Positions 20,401 to 27,969 are shown, counted from the stretch's first letter. The stretch: DNA of 59,292 bases from Bacilli bacterium (GCA_036649735.1 JAVWBB010000001.1:1-59292), one strand, 5' to 3'. The notes: a model not told the origin generated them from the sequence alone. Translations and numbers: made by a program.

Positions 20401-22097
20401 TTACCTGTTTGTGTTATCTCAAGTGGATAAATCCCACTAGGTTTAAACTTTGTGAATGAATTGCTCCAACTATTATCTACGGACATATAACTTACTATAG
20501 CCTTCATCCAACTAGCTTTAAAATCAATAACTATTTCATCAGGAATATTATTTGTATAAGTAATTGGAATAATAGCAATATTTTGATGATAGTTTTTATC
20601 ATATATTATTTTTGCATTAGGATAATTAGTAATCCAATTATTAAATGCTAAGTCCGTAGGATGATTAGTAAAAGGATTGTCAATTAAAGGAAATTTAACA
20701 TAGTCCCCACTAGGTGATGAAATGATATTAAAAACTTTATAATACGTAAAAGTATCTTGTAATTCAGTTAAAGAAACACTCGCACTTAATATTTCATTAT
20801 TAAAAAGTGTTGTATTTCCATAATAATTAATTTGAAACTTTGCCAATGTTTTTTCATTATATAAATTTTGGTTAATACCCGTAGGCAATTTCCCATTGTT
20901 ACTAGATGTATAATTTAATCCTGTATACTTATTCCAATCACTTTCTAAATCATTAACATAAACAATATTTCCTGATATACCCGAATTATGTTGACTAATT
21001 GTATGCATTTTAATAGTAGATGATTCTTTTTGATAACTATTTTTTATAGCCAATTTATTAATCAACTCTATAGAAGTCCCCACCATTTTCCATTCATAAG
21101 GCTCTGATAATAAAGTGTTTTCTTCTAATAATAAACTAGCAATATCTATGTTGACATTATTTAAATTTGAAACGTTTTTATTATCTATTTTTTTATAAAT
21201 ATTATTTAATATAGAATTAGTATTTTTAAACCCATAAATGTAATTGGTACTTGTTGTCGATTTAATTACTTTGCTATTTATAATAATATTTTCAAGAGAT
21301 GTTATAGCGTTAGTATTTAGATATCCAACTGTTCCCCCATCATAGGAATAATTTGGTAAATCAATGATTACTTCAACCATACTGTGCATTATTTTGCTAT
21401 TATCTAATTGTTCTCCAATAATTCCACCTATCTTATGAATAGATGATGACCCTAATGTCGATGATTTTATATTAATGTTCTTAGTAGCGATATTTTTGAT
21501 TAAGGAAGAGTTACTTAGTTTCCCAGATAGTGTCCCACCCACAATTTCATTAACTGTGTTTTTCAAAGTAATATTTATATCTTCCAAATTTAAATTTTCA
21601 ATTGCTCCGTTTTCAATTATAGAAAAAATCCCATAATAATCAATATTATCTATAGTTACAGGTTCTATTTCTTTAAAATTTTTAATAGTATAACCATCAC
21701 CATTAAAATGCCCTTTAAAAAGGAACAAATCGGTGTTTATTTTTTTACCAATTGCCGTAATTGAAAACCCGCCTAAATTAATATTTGAACTCAACTTATA
21801 ATATTTAGTATTATAAATATTATTTTCTGATGATTCTATTTTGTTTTTAAAATATATAAATTCTGCCCCATTAGAAATTTGATAAGGATTTTCACGTGTT
21901 CCATTGCCTTTATTAAAAGAGGTTGCAATGGTATGCCCATCCCAGACAGCTTCATCTGGTAATAAACTACTAAGTGTTTTAGGGCCTATAAAAATATTAT
22001 AACCAATATAAATAGTAACGATAAGAAGTAAAAACAATGCACTATTTAAAAATAACGTTTTCTTAAGTTTTTTATTTTGCTTTTCTTTGTTCATCAT
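14496..22097 (-). CDS. Giant 2,533-aa surface protein: N-terminal anchor/signal, GLUG-like region, long parallel beta-helix of YGG(G/S)N repeats, beta-rich C-terminal domains
   Basis: A single 7.6-kb ORF with RBS GGAAAGGAG. N-terminal TM LFLNSALFLLLIVTIYIGYNIFI. Residues about 60-330 resemble GLUG-type modules (FKGHFNGDGYTIKNF, IGGIIGEQ). Residues about 860-1650 (DNA about 17150-19520) carry dozens of about 20-aa repeats such as NVYGGGN, SIYGGSN and NIYGGGN. No C-terminal LPXTG. Confidence 0.85.
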   Translation of the reverse strand: MMNKEKQNKKLKKTLFLNSALFLLLIVTIYIGYNIFIGPKTLSSLLPDEAVWDGHTIATSFNKGNGTRENPYQISNGAEFIYFKNKIESSENNIYNTKYYKLSSNINLGGFSITAIGKKINTDLFLFKGHFNGDGYTIKNFKEIEPVTIDNIDYYGIFSIIENGAIENLNLEDINITLKNTVNEIVGGTLSGKLSNSSLIKNIATKNINIKSSTLGSSSIHKIGGIIGEQLDNSKIMHSMVEVIIDLPNYSYDGGTVGYLNTNAITSLENIIINSKVIKSTTSTNYIYGFKNTNSILNNIYKKIDNKNVSNLNNVNIDIASLLLEENTLLSEPYEWKMVGTSIELINKLAIKNSYQKESSTIKMHTISQHNSGISGNIVYVNDLESDWNKYTGLNYTSSNNGKLPTGINQNLYNEKTLAKFQINYYGNTTLFNNEILSASVSLTELQDTFTYYKVFNIISSPSGDYVKFPLIDNPFTNHPTDLAFNNWITNYPNAKIIYDKNYHQNIAIIPITYTNNIPDEIVIDFKASWMKAIVSYMSVDNSWSNSFTKFKPSGIYPLEITQTGNSNIIDKKYENAIMAGYYREKRIPLNSSLNGFYDNLGNLQTSGICTNNTGCIYYELIQYYNEYGAKEVIDSSQTYFYLVTRDTNILVLDKSVEDTWTTAESKPFTLTSVYNKTDYRSNIVWTVRAIAVTCYADTTIENILINSNQQDYIASPSSNIAAQRYLYGNWFNLRLGRGIKHLNNYKNFTTVLGGKNNASGSNTSVAKYSLIIESGYYNSIGVSNGRVANDFNNYLAAKGVYGNDFDRIKNDNSLLDIYFCAASSWGGVIYGENALSEAFDITVKSGSFGSGKYDLTSGIYVGGRSGGTYHASKKINYLGGYTYNLIGGPLTDSTRELVNDTYMYVSGGFIDMITGGAGTTATYGNRLIQVTGGTVNYSIFGGSNGVNGSGSDGLLNGSAFVYVGGNATVGLADNVTNNRTLYGSEAGSVFGIGNGRQGFDLIGSADNSTIIIDGNATINRNVYGGGNFGAVGISSSKPTTSTKIRINGGNIKGSVYGGGNRNGSGSSRISSTVDILMTSGKVFGNIYGGSNELGTIFGNVSIKMYGGEVGTSIYGGGQGGFVNNDNKGTFVTGNIDVVVGKTDILTIPSVLDSVYGGSAYGVVNGDSQNVNVSPNSTTVIINKGTITNAVYGGARGNTTFTPSVNGNILVNINGGNIGNVYGGNDAAGIPNGTIEVNLNGGTIGNAFGGGNNTGTNTTKITLAGATTTLLFGGSNSNGNINKTEILLLSGVANNVYGGNNLGGFVTNSFITMNNSNITGSVYGGGKFANTTNAEVHLNGGNALAAYGGGESASVTNTKVYLNGSSITSIYGGSNVTGDVSSAFINSTSGTSKNVYGGNNAGGTTSNVEMVINGGNIDNIYGGGNKAITHNVVVTTNGGIIGNIYGGGNLAEITNNVILNINNTTITDSIYGGGNLGNINKNVQLRINNSTITNNVYGGGNKADVIGNTTTGVSGTTVINGNLFGGGDSGAIGVELNNNSVATLNIAGATINKNVYGGSNTSVVYGTTNVNIGRKALEDINLKAGNIEIIGTVFGGGEANASGSEIFDYSFICVTVAIHINIDGKPYLSNAQKFNLTGSIFGSGNASSSSGTSDIYIGYLGTKSSPSRNISIQRSNTVIMDNSFIELSGATDRTNEYSTIKYSFNRIDLLKVKNNTTLLLKQNANLLKRLDSLVDINNIEVKSTVTIDDLTKQVAKNVDNRLYLMANKNLNISTNEAATSYGIINGMMFFGMYNSYNNGLLGYGLYDTNFGYGSVADAGDVIMGGSYVLGLHNLNHDITKDGFYTNYIDNAYTKITTAYINPTPPSATYYMWLIGTQAINYSFGLNASKYSSLGTYELSMLDFAKGNTIFNVIGFNCEGLSGGVTLKDASDVPKIATNDTEANSVLGLSMKSETTEWTMYGTTKFLSSNKGAYTGMKNYKTDNVSTAPSLMFYLYHAKNISLDANLGTVIITLQALTPINQIEYEVSLVTVTIDIMAKSYTDGNYYDSSITYDKKYEMPSSTTVNITNKSQFTAYYSLYAKGESLDKIYGNNNTYYHALTSNFVLPVGTKITLLDYETKTNTPGYYYYVVDDANYLTKQQELTNYHEVTYRLSDFIKMGSTSLTNKYSDKAANNLYYNSTNKVAMEEFLVIFDFKATTSAIVSPNNTILFELRNSEDRPIISVLGIRQDIMKYSLYNVTNVSLKEDAKFENNYVYHETDAKIIFSSMVTYDQTLNREPIIDTNYESSKMGLNISFKDNSGNTLSSSLLMGSLIKVNNDVTYVDSGGVFRVKLADKVSNLNPNISFYAKNKLPPGIYKMIITLFASNDGLHNSGTLAVDTKELTFTLVGDNNLIIVSSTPENKIVDKTTGLNMSGSKLEKYTVKYDSELINPNIRITLYKRTIINENDVNYVEMDIRKLFTSTFTFPAAVSLVAQTPFEYALSVNKAVDNLFQFELDNILATGTYKLVFRLYDNNHFIDEDTDSLIIKNNIIMP

Positions 22098-22155
22098 TTT
22101 ACTCCTTTCCTACATTTATTATATACAAGAATATTGTACCACAACCTTATATTTT

Positions 22156-22344
22156 TCAAAAGAAAAAGAATACAGTCTTTATCTTATTTAATTTTAAAAG
22201 AAATACACATTTTAAATAAAAAATACACCTCCTTTTAGAAATGTATTTTATTATTTTACTTGTTAAAATAGTTTTAAACATAAAGTTTGTTGAAAAATTA
22301 ATAAACTTTAAATCATTGATTTTCTCTTCATATATTTCATTCAC
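22156..22344 (-). CDS. Possible upstream/leader ORF (62 codons from GTG, or a 10-codon out-of-frame ATG peptide MKYMKRKSMI)
   Basis: AGGAGG (22352-22357) lies 7 nt upstream of GTG 22344 and 11 nt upstream of ATG 22340. The distal half of the 62-aa product looks like translated AT-rich spacer, so a functional protein is doubtful. Confidence 0.25.
   Translation of the reverse strand: MNEIYEEKINDLKFINFSTNFMFKTILTSKIIKYISKRRCIFYLKCVFLLKLNKIKTVFFFF
22220..22249 (-). terminator. Weak terminator/attenuator-like hairpin in the leader of the giant gene
   Basis: The minus RNA is AAAAUACA-14 nt loop-UGUAUUUU followed by UUAUUU. An extra direct copy of AAATACAC at 22201-22208 could offer alternative pairing. 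Confidence 0.3.
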
Positions 22345-22374
22345 TTTTTTACCTCCTTTCTAGAGGGTATGAGC

Positions 22375-22403
22375 ACTATAACCTAATTTAAATTACTTTG
22401 CAA
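22375..22403 (-). promoter_or_regulatory. Sigma-A-like promoter upstream of the locus (TTGCAA - 17 nt - TATAGT)
   Basis: -35 TTGCAA at 22398-22403, -10 TATAGT at 22375-22380, exact 17-nt spacer, positioned just upstream of the strong SD at 22352-22357. Confidence 0.4.
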
Positions 22404-22415
22404 ATCGTCAATCTC

Positions 22416-22429
22416 ACGTATTAATACGT
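22416..22429. promoter_or_regulatory. Perfect 14-bp palindrome ACGTATTAATACGT just upstream of the -35; candidate regulator binding site
   Basis: Read directly from the sequence. Centred about 22 bp upstream of the -35 hexamer centre. Confidence 0.3.
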
Positions 22430-22483
22430 AAAAAAATCCTCGATTTTAAAAATTACTTTAAGACAATTCTCAAAATTAGGACA

Positions 22484-22516
22484 ATAAAAAAGGGCCGAAT
22501 TTTATAATTGGACCTT
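22484..22516 (-). terminator. Terminator after rpoE (hairpin flanked by A and T runs, potentially bidirectional)
   Basis: GGGCCGAATT-TTAT-AATTGGACC, an imperfect stem with bulges, flanked by AAAAAA and TTTTTT. Confidence 0.5.
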
Positions 22517-22529
22517 TTTTAATTATTTT

Positions 22530-22967
22530 TTATTGCTCTAGTTCTAGTTCTTCTTCATCAACTATAACTAAATCTTTTAAATCGTCATCTTCATCATCAA
22601 TTGCTTCTTCATCATCAATTACCTTATCAAATTCTTCATCTATTTCTTCTTCTTCTTCATCAATATTATCAATTATTTCGTCTTCTTCATCTTCATCCAT
22701 CGCAATAATAACTTTATCTGAAGTATGTCTTTCTCTTAAATCCCAAATACCATTTTCAAGTAAAATAAATCTCTTGTCTGTTGTTAAAGACGTATAGTAA
22801 TCACCTATTTTAGTCTTAAAAACCTTTTCAGGTAATTCTAACAATTCTGTTATTTCTTTAAATAAGTCATTCGTCTTCATTGAAGTTCCTTCTTGTAATA
22901 AATAATAAGTCATATCTTTATAAGATAATAATTCTAAATCTTCTTTTGGCATTGTTCTTAAATTCAT
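22530..22967 (-). CDS. rpoE: DNA-directed RNA polymerase delta subunit
   Basis: The N-terminal HARE-HTH-like region (DLFKEITELLELPEKVFKTKIGDYYTSLTTDKRFILLENGIWDLRERH) plus a long Asp/Glu tail matches the Bacillus RpoE layout. Confidence 0.85.
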   Translation of the reverse strand: MNLRTMPKEDLELLSYKDMTYYLLQEGTSMKTNDLFKEITELLELPEKVFKTKIGDYYTSLTTDKRFILLENGIWDLRERHTSDKVIIAMDEDEEDEIIDNIDEEEEEIDEEFDKVIDDEEAIDDEDDDLKDLVIVDEEELELEQ

Positions 22968-22978
22968 TAAAAATCCTC

Positions 22979-24586
22979 CTACATCTTTTCATATGCATCT
23001 ATCCCTAATAAATTTAGGGCATTTTTGATTGTTATTTTTACAGCCATTATTAATCTTAATCGCATAACTGTTTCTTCAATATTATCAGTAATTATTAATT
23101 CACTAGCGTAGTAACTATGAAAGGTACTTGCAAGTAAATATAAGTAATTTGTAATAATATGTGTTTCCTTCTTTAAGGCTGCATTTTCCACTGTTTCTTT
23201 AAATCTATAAATAACATCTAAAACATTATATGCATTTTTTGAATATGTTGCAACTATTTTTTTATCATTTAAATCTATATCTTTTTTGTCTCTTAAAATA
23301 GAGCAAATTCTAGCATGTGCATAGTTAATATAAAAGACTGGATTTTCATTAGATTTAGTTAATGCTAAATCCATATCGAAGTCCATTTGCGTATCCATTG
23401 CTTTTGCTGCAAAAAAATATCTTATAGGGTCTTTTCCTACTTCTTTAACAAATTCATTAATGGTTACAGCCTTTCCTGTTCTTTTACTCATCTTAACTTC
23501 TTCATTATCTTTAATTAATCTTACCATTTGAAGAATTAGTATACTAATTTTTTTAGGATCTTCCCCCATCATTTGAATTGATGCTTTTAAACGGTCAATA
23601 TATCCATGATGATCTGCACCTAAAATATCAATTAATTCATCATATCCTCTATTTATCTTATCCATATGATAAGCAATATCAGGTAATAAATAAGTATTAT
23701 TAGAATCATTTTTAATTAAGACACGATCCTTTTCATCGCCAAACAATGATGTTTTTAGCCATGTCGCACCATCTAATTCATATGTGTATCCTTTTTCTTT
23801 TAAACTATTAAAAGCATTTATGACTTTATTTGTATCATATAAGCTTTGTTCACTACTATATATATCAAATTCAACATTAATCAATTTTAAATCGCTCTTT
23901 ATTTCCTCTAATAATATTTCTAATCCTAGTTGTTTAAAATAAGATATTTCTTTATCTATTAAACTATTATTATGTTTTTCATATAAAGTCTTAGCAATTT
24001 CAATTATTTCTTTGCCGTGATATAGTCCTTCTTCTAATTCTTCATCAATTCCACATAAATTTAAATATCTTATTTTTATTGATTTGCCTAAATTATTCAT
24101 CTGATTACCCGCATCATTTATATAATATTCGCGAGTAATATCAAACCCAGCAAAAGACATTATACGAGATAAAGAATCGCCAATTGATGCTCCTCTCGCA
24201 TGTCCTAAATGTAAAATACCTGTAGGATTCGCGCTGACATATTCAATATTTATTTTGCGATGATTCCCAATATCACTATGTCCATAATTATCTCCCAACT
24301 TTAATGCTTCATTTAAATTATCAATTAAATAATCTTTTTTCACAAAAAAGTTAATAAATCCTGGACCTTTTATTTCCATTTTGGAAATATCCGTACTGCT
24401 AATATTAGCAACTATTTTATTAGCAATATTAAGAGGACTATCATGGAACATTTTACTTAATTTCATTGCTATGTTTGTTGAATAATCTCCATTTTCTTTT
24501 TCTTTAGGTATTTCTACTAAAATATCTTCTAATTTAATATCAGCGTCAATCGCATCAATTATAATCATTCTTAATTTATCTTTCAT
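22979..24586 (-). CDS. argS: Arginine--tRNA ligase
   Basis: Class I HIGH-type motif SANPTGILHLGHARGA and KMSKS-type MSKRTGK. 535 aa. Confidence 0.95.
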   Translation of the reverse strand: MKDKLRMIIIDAIDADIKLEDILVEIPKEKENGDYSTNIAMKLSKMFHDSPLNIANKIVANISSTDISKMEIKGPGFINFFVKKDYLIDNLNEALKLGDNYGHSDIGNHRKINIEYVSANPTGILHLGHARGASIGDSLSRIMSFAGFDITREYYINDAGNQMNNLGKSIKIRYLNLCGIDEELEEGLYHGKEIIEIAKTLYEKHNNSLIDKEISYFKQLGLEILLEEIKSDLKLINVEFDIYSSEQSLYDTNKVINAFNSLKEKGYTYELDGATWLKTSLFGDEKDRVLIKNDSNNTYLLPDIAYHMDKINRGYDELIDILGADHHGYIDRLKASIQMMGEDPKKISILILQMVRLIKDNEEVKMSKRTGKAVTINEFVKEVGKDPIRYFFAAKAMDTQMDFDMDLALTKSNENPVFYINYAHARICSILRDKKDIDLNDKKIVATYSKNAYNVLDVIYRFKETVENAALKKETHIITNYLYLLASTFHSYYASELIITDNIEETVMRLRLIMAVKITIKNALNLLGIDAYEKM

Positions 24587-24931
24587 TTAAACCTCCTTAA
24601 ATATTAATGATAGAGTTATTTCATCATTATCAATTAAATATTGGGTCTCAAAACTATCTTTAGATATATTTATTTTTAAAACATTTATCTTTAAAGAACT
24701 AGTTACTTTCTCTTTTAATAAGTCTGTATTTATTACATTTTCATTTAAGTCTATTTCGATTATAAACTCATTATTTCTTCTAATTATCTTTTTATCAGTC
24801 AAATTAATACTCATTGTTATATCATTATCGACAAATGTAATTATATTTCTAGCCTCATCAAACTCGCCAATACAACTATATTTATACATCACACTATTCG
24901 TTTTAAGAGTGCCTAAAACATTAATTTTCAT
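24587..24931 (-). CDS. DUF1934 (YwiB-like) beta-barrel protein
   Basis: Small gene immediately upstream of argS, as in many Bacillota. ATG 24931 follows GGAGG; the track ORF extends to 24976. Confidence 0.6.
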   Translation of the reverse strand: MKINVLGTLKTNSVMYKYSCIGEFDEARNIITFVDNDITMSINLTDKKIIRRNNEFIIEIDLNENVINTDLLKEKVTSSLKINVLKINISKDSFETQYLIDNDEITLSLIFKEV

Positions 24932-25038
24932 CCGTTTTGCCCTCCTAAATAATTTATACATTGAATTATAGCACATTAAGTAAATTTGTACACATATTTT
25001 TATATTTATTTTTCATACTAAACTTAGGTGGAGGTATT

Positions 25039-26994
25039 ATGAAACATATTAAAAAGATAGTAAAATTTAGTTTTTTTTTAATAATAATAGGTATTCTAAT
25101 TGTTTTAGGAAGTTATGGGTATGCCAAACTTACTCCAAAATTGCAAATTAAAAGTGCGAATAGTATTTCCTTATATGATAATAAAGGAGAATTATACTTT
25201 AGAGGAAATGGCTCAAGTGAGTGGATTGCCCTAAAAAACATTTCTAAAGACTTAATTAATTCCACTATTTATGCCGAAGATAAAAACTTTTATAAACATT
25301 TTGGATTTGATTTATTAAGAATAGCTAAAGCTTCTTTTATCAACATTACAAGTGGAGAAGTAAAACAAGGAGCATCAACCATATCTCAACAATATTCTAA
25401 AAATTTATTTTTAGACTTTGAACAAACTTGGAAGAGAAAATGGGATGAATTATGGCTGACAATTAAGTTAGAATCTAATTATGATAAAAACGCTATTTTA
25501 GAAGGATACTTAAATACTATTAATTATGGACATGGAATGTATGGAATAGAAAATGCTGCTAAATATTATTTTGACAAAAGTGCGGCAGATTTAAATTTAG
25601 CAGAAGCTAGTATGTTAACTGGAATTCCTAAATCTCCAGCTAATTTCTCACCATTAGTTAATTTAGAAAAAGCTAAATATCGCCAAAAGATAATTTTAAA
25701 TTTAATGGTCAATAATAAAGTAATTACTAAAGAAGAGGCTAAAACTGCTTATGATACAGAATTAAAATTTATAGGTAAAAAAGATTTAATTAATTTAACA
25801 ACCGTTATGTATTATCAAGATGCTGTTATTAAAGAATTAAAAACCCTTAAAAATATTCCTAATTCTTTTTTAGAAACAGGAGGATTAAAAATATATACAA
25901 ATCTTGATATTGCCTCACAAACATTAATGGAAAACACTATTAATACTAACTTTGGGGAGCAAAACACTTTACAAATATCTTCAATAATGATGGACCCTAA
26001 TACAGGAAAAGTTTTTGCTTTAACGGGAGGAAGAGACTTTTCTAAATCTCAATTCAATCGAGCAATTCAATCTAAAAGACAAGTAGGTTCAACAATGAAA
26101 CCCTTTTTATATTATACAGCTTTAGAAAATGGATTTACTGGAAGTACGGCTTTTACTAGTAGTGAAACAACATTTACTTTTTCTAATAATAAAACTTATT
26201 CTCCTAAAAACTCAGGTGAAAAGTATGGTAATAAACCTATATCTATGGCAACCGCTATCGCATACTCAGATAATATATATGCTATTAAAACACATATGTT
26301 TTTAGGGGAAGAAATGCTTGTAGATTTTGCTAAACGAGTAGGAATTAATGCCAAACTAGAAGCTGTTCCTTCTCTTCCCCTTGGTACAAGTGAAATAAAT
26401 ATAATGGAACTAACAGCAGGATATTCAGCTTTTGCCAATGAAGGGTATAAAGTAACTCCACATTTAATTAATAAAGTAGAAGATGTTTATGGGAATATTT
26501 TATATCAAAATAATGGACTTAAAGAAGGAGTATTAAATAAAAGCATTACTTATATTTTAAATAATTTGTTAACTTGTACATATGATTCAGCTTTTATTGA
26601 TTATAACTATCCTACAGCAATTACAATCGCCCCTAAAATGACAAAAACTTATGCCATTAAATCAGGAACTACTGATACAGATACATGGTATATAGGATAT
26701 AATAAAGATGTTATTACATCTGTATGGATAGGATATGATGATAACAAAGTAATAGAGGCTAATGAATATAAATACTCTAAAAACATATGGTTAGAATTAA
26801 TGGAAGGATACTTAAAAGATAAAAAAAATAATTGGTATACTATGCCTAACAACGTTGTTGGAGTAATTGTTGATCCTATTAGTGGAAAGCCTGCTATTGA
26901 ATCTACAAAGAAAAAGAAATTAATGTATTACATAAAAGGAACGGAACCAACTAATACCGATAAAGTATTTGATGAAATTGAAAAAAAAGAATAA
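25039..26994 (+). CDS. Class A penicillin-binding protein (glycosyltransferase GT51 + transpeptidase)
   Basis: GT51 motifs EDKNFYKHFGFD, GASTISQQ and RKWDE. Transpeptidase motifs STMK, YSDN and KSGTT. ATG 25039 follows GGTGGAGG; the track ORF starts at 24961. Confidence 0.9.
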   Translation: MKHIKKIVKFSFFLIIIGILIVLGSYGYAKLTPKLQIKSANSISLYDNKGELYFRGNGSSEWIALKNISKDLINSTIYAEDKNFYKHFGFDLLRIAKASFINITSGEVKQGASTISQQYSKNLFLDFEQTWKRKWDELWLTIKLESNYDKNAILEGYLNTINYGHGMYGIENAAKYYFDKSAADLNLAEASMLTGIPKSPANFSPLVNLEKAKYRQKIILNLMVNNKVITKEEAKTAYDTELKFIGKKDLINLTTVMYYQDAVIKELKTLKNIPNSFLETGGLKIYTNLDIASQTLMENTINTNFGEQNTLQISSIMMDPNTGKVFALTGGRDFSKSQFNRAIQSKRQVGSTMKPFLYYTALENGFTGSTAFTSSETTFTFSNNKTYSPKNSGEKYGNKPISMATAIAYSDNIYAIKTHMFLGEEMLVDFAKRVGINAKLEAVPSLPLGTSEINIMELTAGYSAFANEGYKVTPHLINKVEDVYGNILYQNNGLKEGVLNKSITYILNNLLTCTYDSAFIDYNYPTAITIAPKMTKTYAIKSGTTDTDTWYIGYNKDVITSVWIGYDDNKVIEANEYKYSKNIWLELMEGYLKDKKNNWYTMPNNVVGVIVDPISGKPAIESTKKKKLMYYIKGTEPTNTDKVFDEIEKKE

Positions 26995-27003
26995 AGTTTA
27001 AAT

Positions 27004-27567
27004 TTATTCTTTTATTATTTCTACTTCATCATTATTATTTATTAAATGACTATTCGCATCATCTGTATCTAAATGAAGTTCTAAATAAGCCTTATCACTT
27101 TCTTTTAAATAAACATTATTTAGTATTCCACCCTTTTCACCTAATACTTTAACACTGACAGTTTTAAGACCATTTAAATTGTATTTAAGCATATCTTCTT
27201 TACTAATATGAATATGACGATTAGGAATAATTAAACACGCTTTATTTAATTCATTTAAAGGGCTTATTATCGTTATTGATGATGCATTATATAAATCCCC
27301 AGATTCTTTTATAGGAGGATTAATTCCTAGTTTAAAAGCATCTGTTTTACTTATCTCAACTTGAGTATAATTTCTTAAAGGTCCAATAACTCTAACATTA
27401 TTAATAATATCTTTATTAGTTTTTATAGAAACATATAAATTACTAGCAAACTGATTAGGTTGATTTAAGTATTTTATACATTCTAATTTGGTATCTTTAA
27501 ATAATATCTTATAATCTTCTTCATTTAAATGAATATGTCTAGCTGATACTCCAACTTTTATTTTCAT
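27004..27567 (-). CDS. pduL: Phosphate propanoyl/acetyl-transferase PduL
   Basis: Duplicated PduL motifs VGVSARHIHL and IPNRHIHIS. 187 aa. Confidence 0.85.
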   Translation of the reverse strand: MKIKVGVSARHIHLNEEDYKILFKDTKLECIKYLNQPNQFASNLYVSIKTNKDIINNVRVIGPLRNYTQVEISKTDAFKLGINPPIKESGDLYNASSITIISPLNELNKACLIIPNRHIHISKEDMLKYNLNGLKTVSVKVLGEKGGILNNVYLKESDKAYLELHLDTDDANSHLINNNDEVEIIKE

Positions 27568-27657
27568 AATCTACTCCTCACAATTAAATTATAACATTTT
27601 TAAAATGTTATTTAAATAATTATAATTTTTAGCATACTATTATATAAAGGAGTGTAC

Positions 27658-27969
27658 ATGAATAATAATTATGATTATAATAATCAATTCTATAGAGTTC
27701 CACCAATAAGCGGGGATGTCAATGTCAATGGAATACCTACCCCTGTACCTTATGCAGAAAATGTTTTAAAAAAGAATATTGGTAAATATGCCACTATTTA
27801 TATGTCTTATTCTGACAGCGTTAATTGGAAAGATAAAATATTTTCAGGAATAATTGAAGATTCTGGAAGAGATTATGTTATTTTAAAAGACACTAATAGC
27901 GAAAAAAGAACAGTTTTATGGACTCTATATCTAGATTATGTAGAATTTAATGAAGCAATTAATTTTTAA
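27658..27969 (+). CDS. gerQ: Spore coat protein GerQ-like
   Basis: NVLKKNIGKYATIYMSYSDSVNWKDKIFSGIIEDSGRDYVILKD...LYLDYVEF closely parallels B. subtilis GerQ as I recall it. ATG 27658 follows AGGAG. Confidence 0.65.
   Translation: MNNNYDYNNQFYRVPPISGDVNVNGIPTPVPYAENVLKKNIGKYATIYMSYSDSVNWKDKIFSGIIEDSGRDYVILKDTNSEKRTVLWTLYLDYVEFNEAINF

Noticed and set aside
655-22529. The accessory locus as a prophage, ICE or transposon
   Set aside because: No integrase, recombinase, transposase, tRNA attachment site or flanking direct repeats are visible in the window. The left boundary lies outside the window, so mobility cannot be excluded, only left unsupported.
26196-26852. Minus-strand ORFs inside the PBP gene (26196-26438, 26649-26852)
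   Set aside because: They are antisense to the conserved transpeptidase motifs, so they are spurious.
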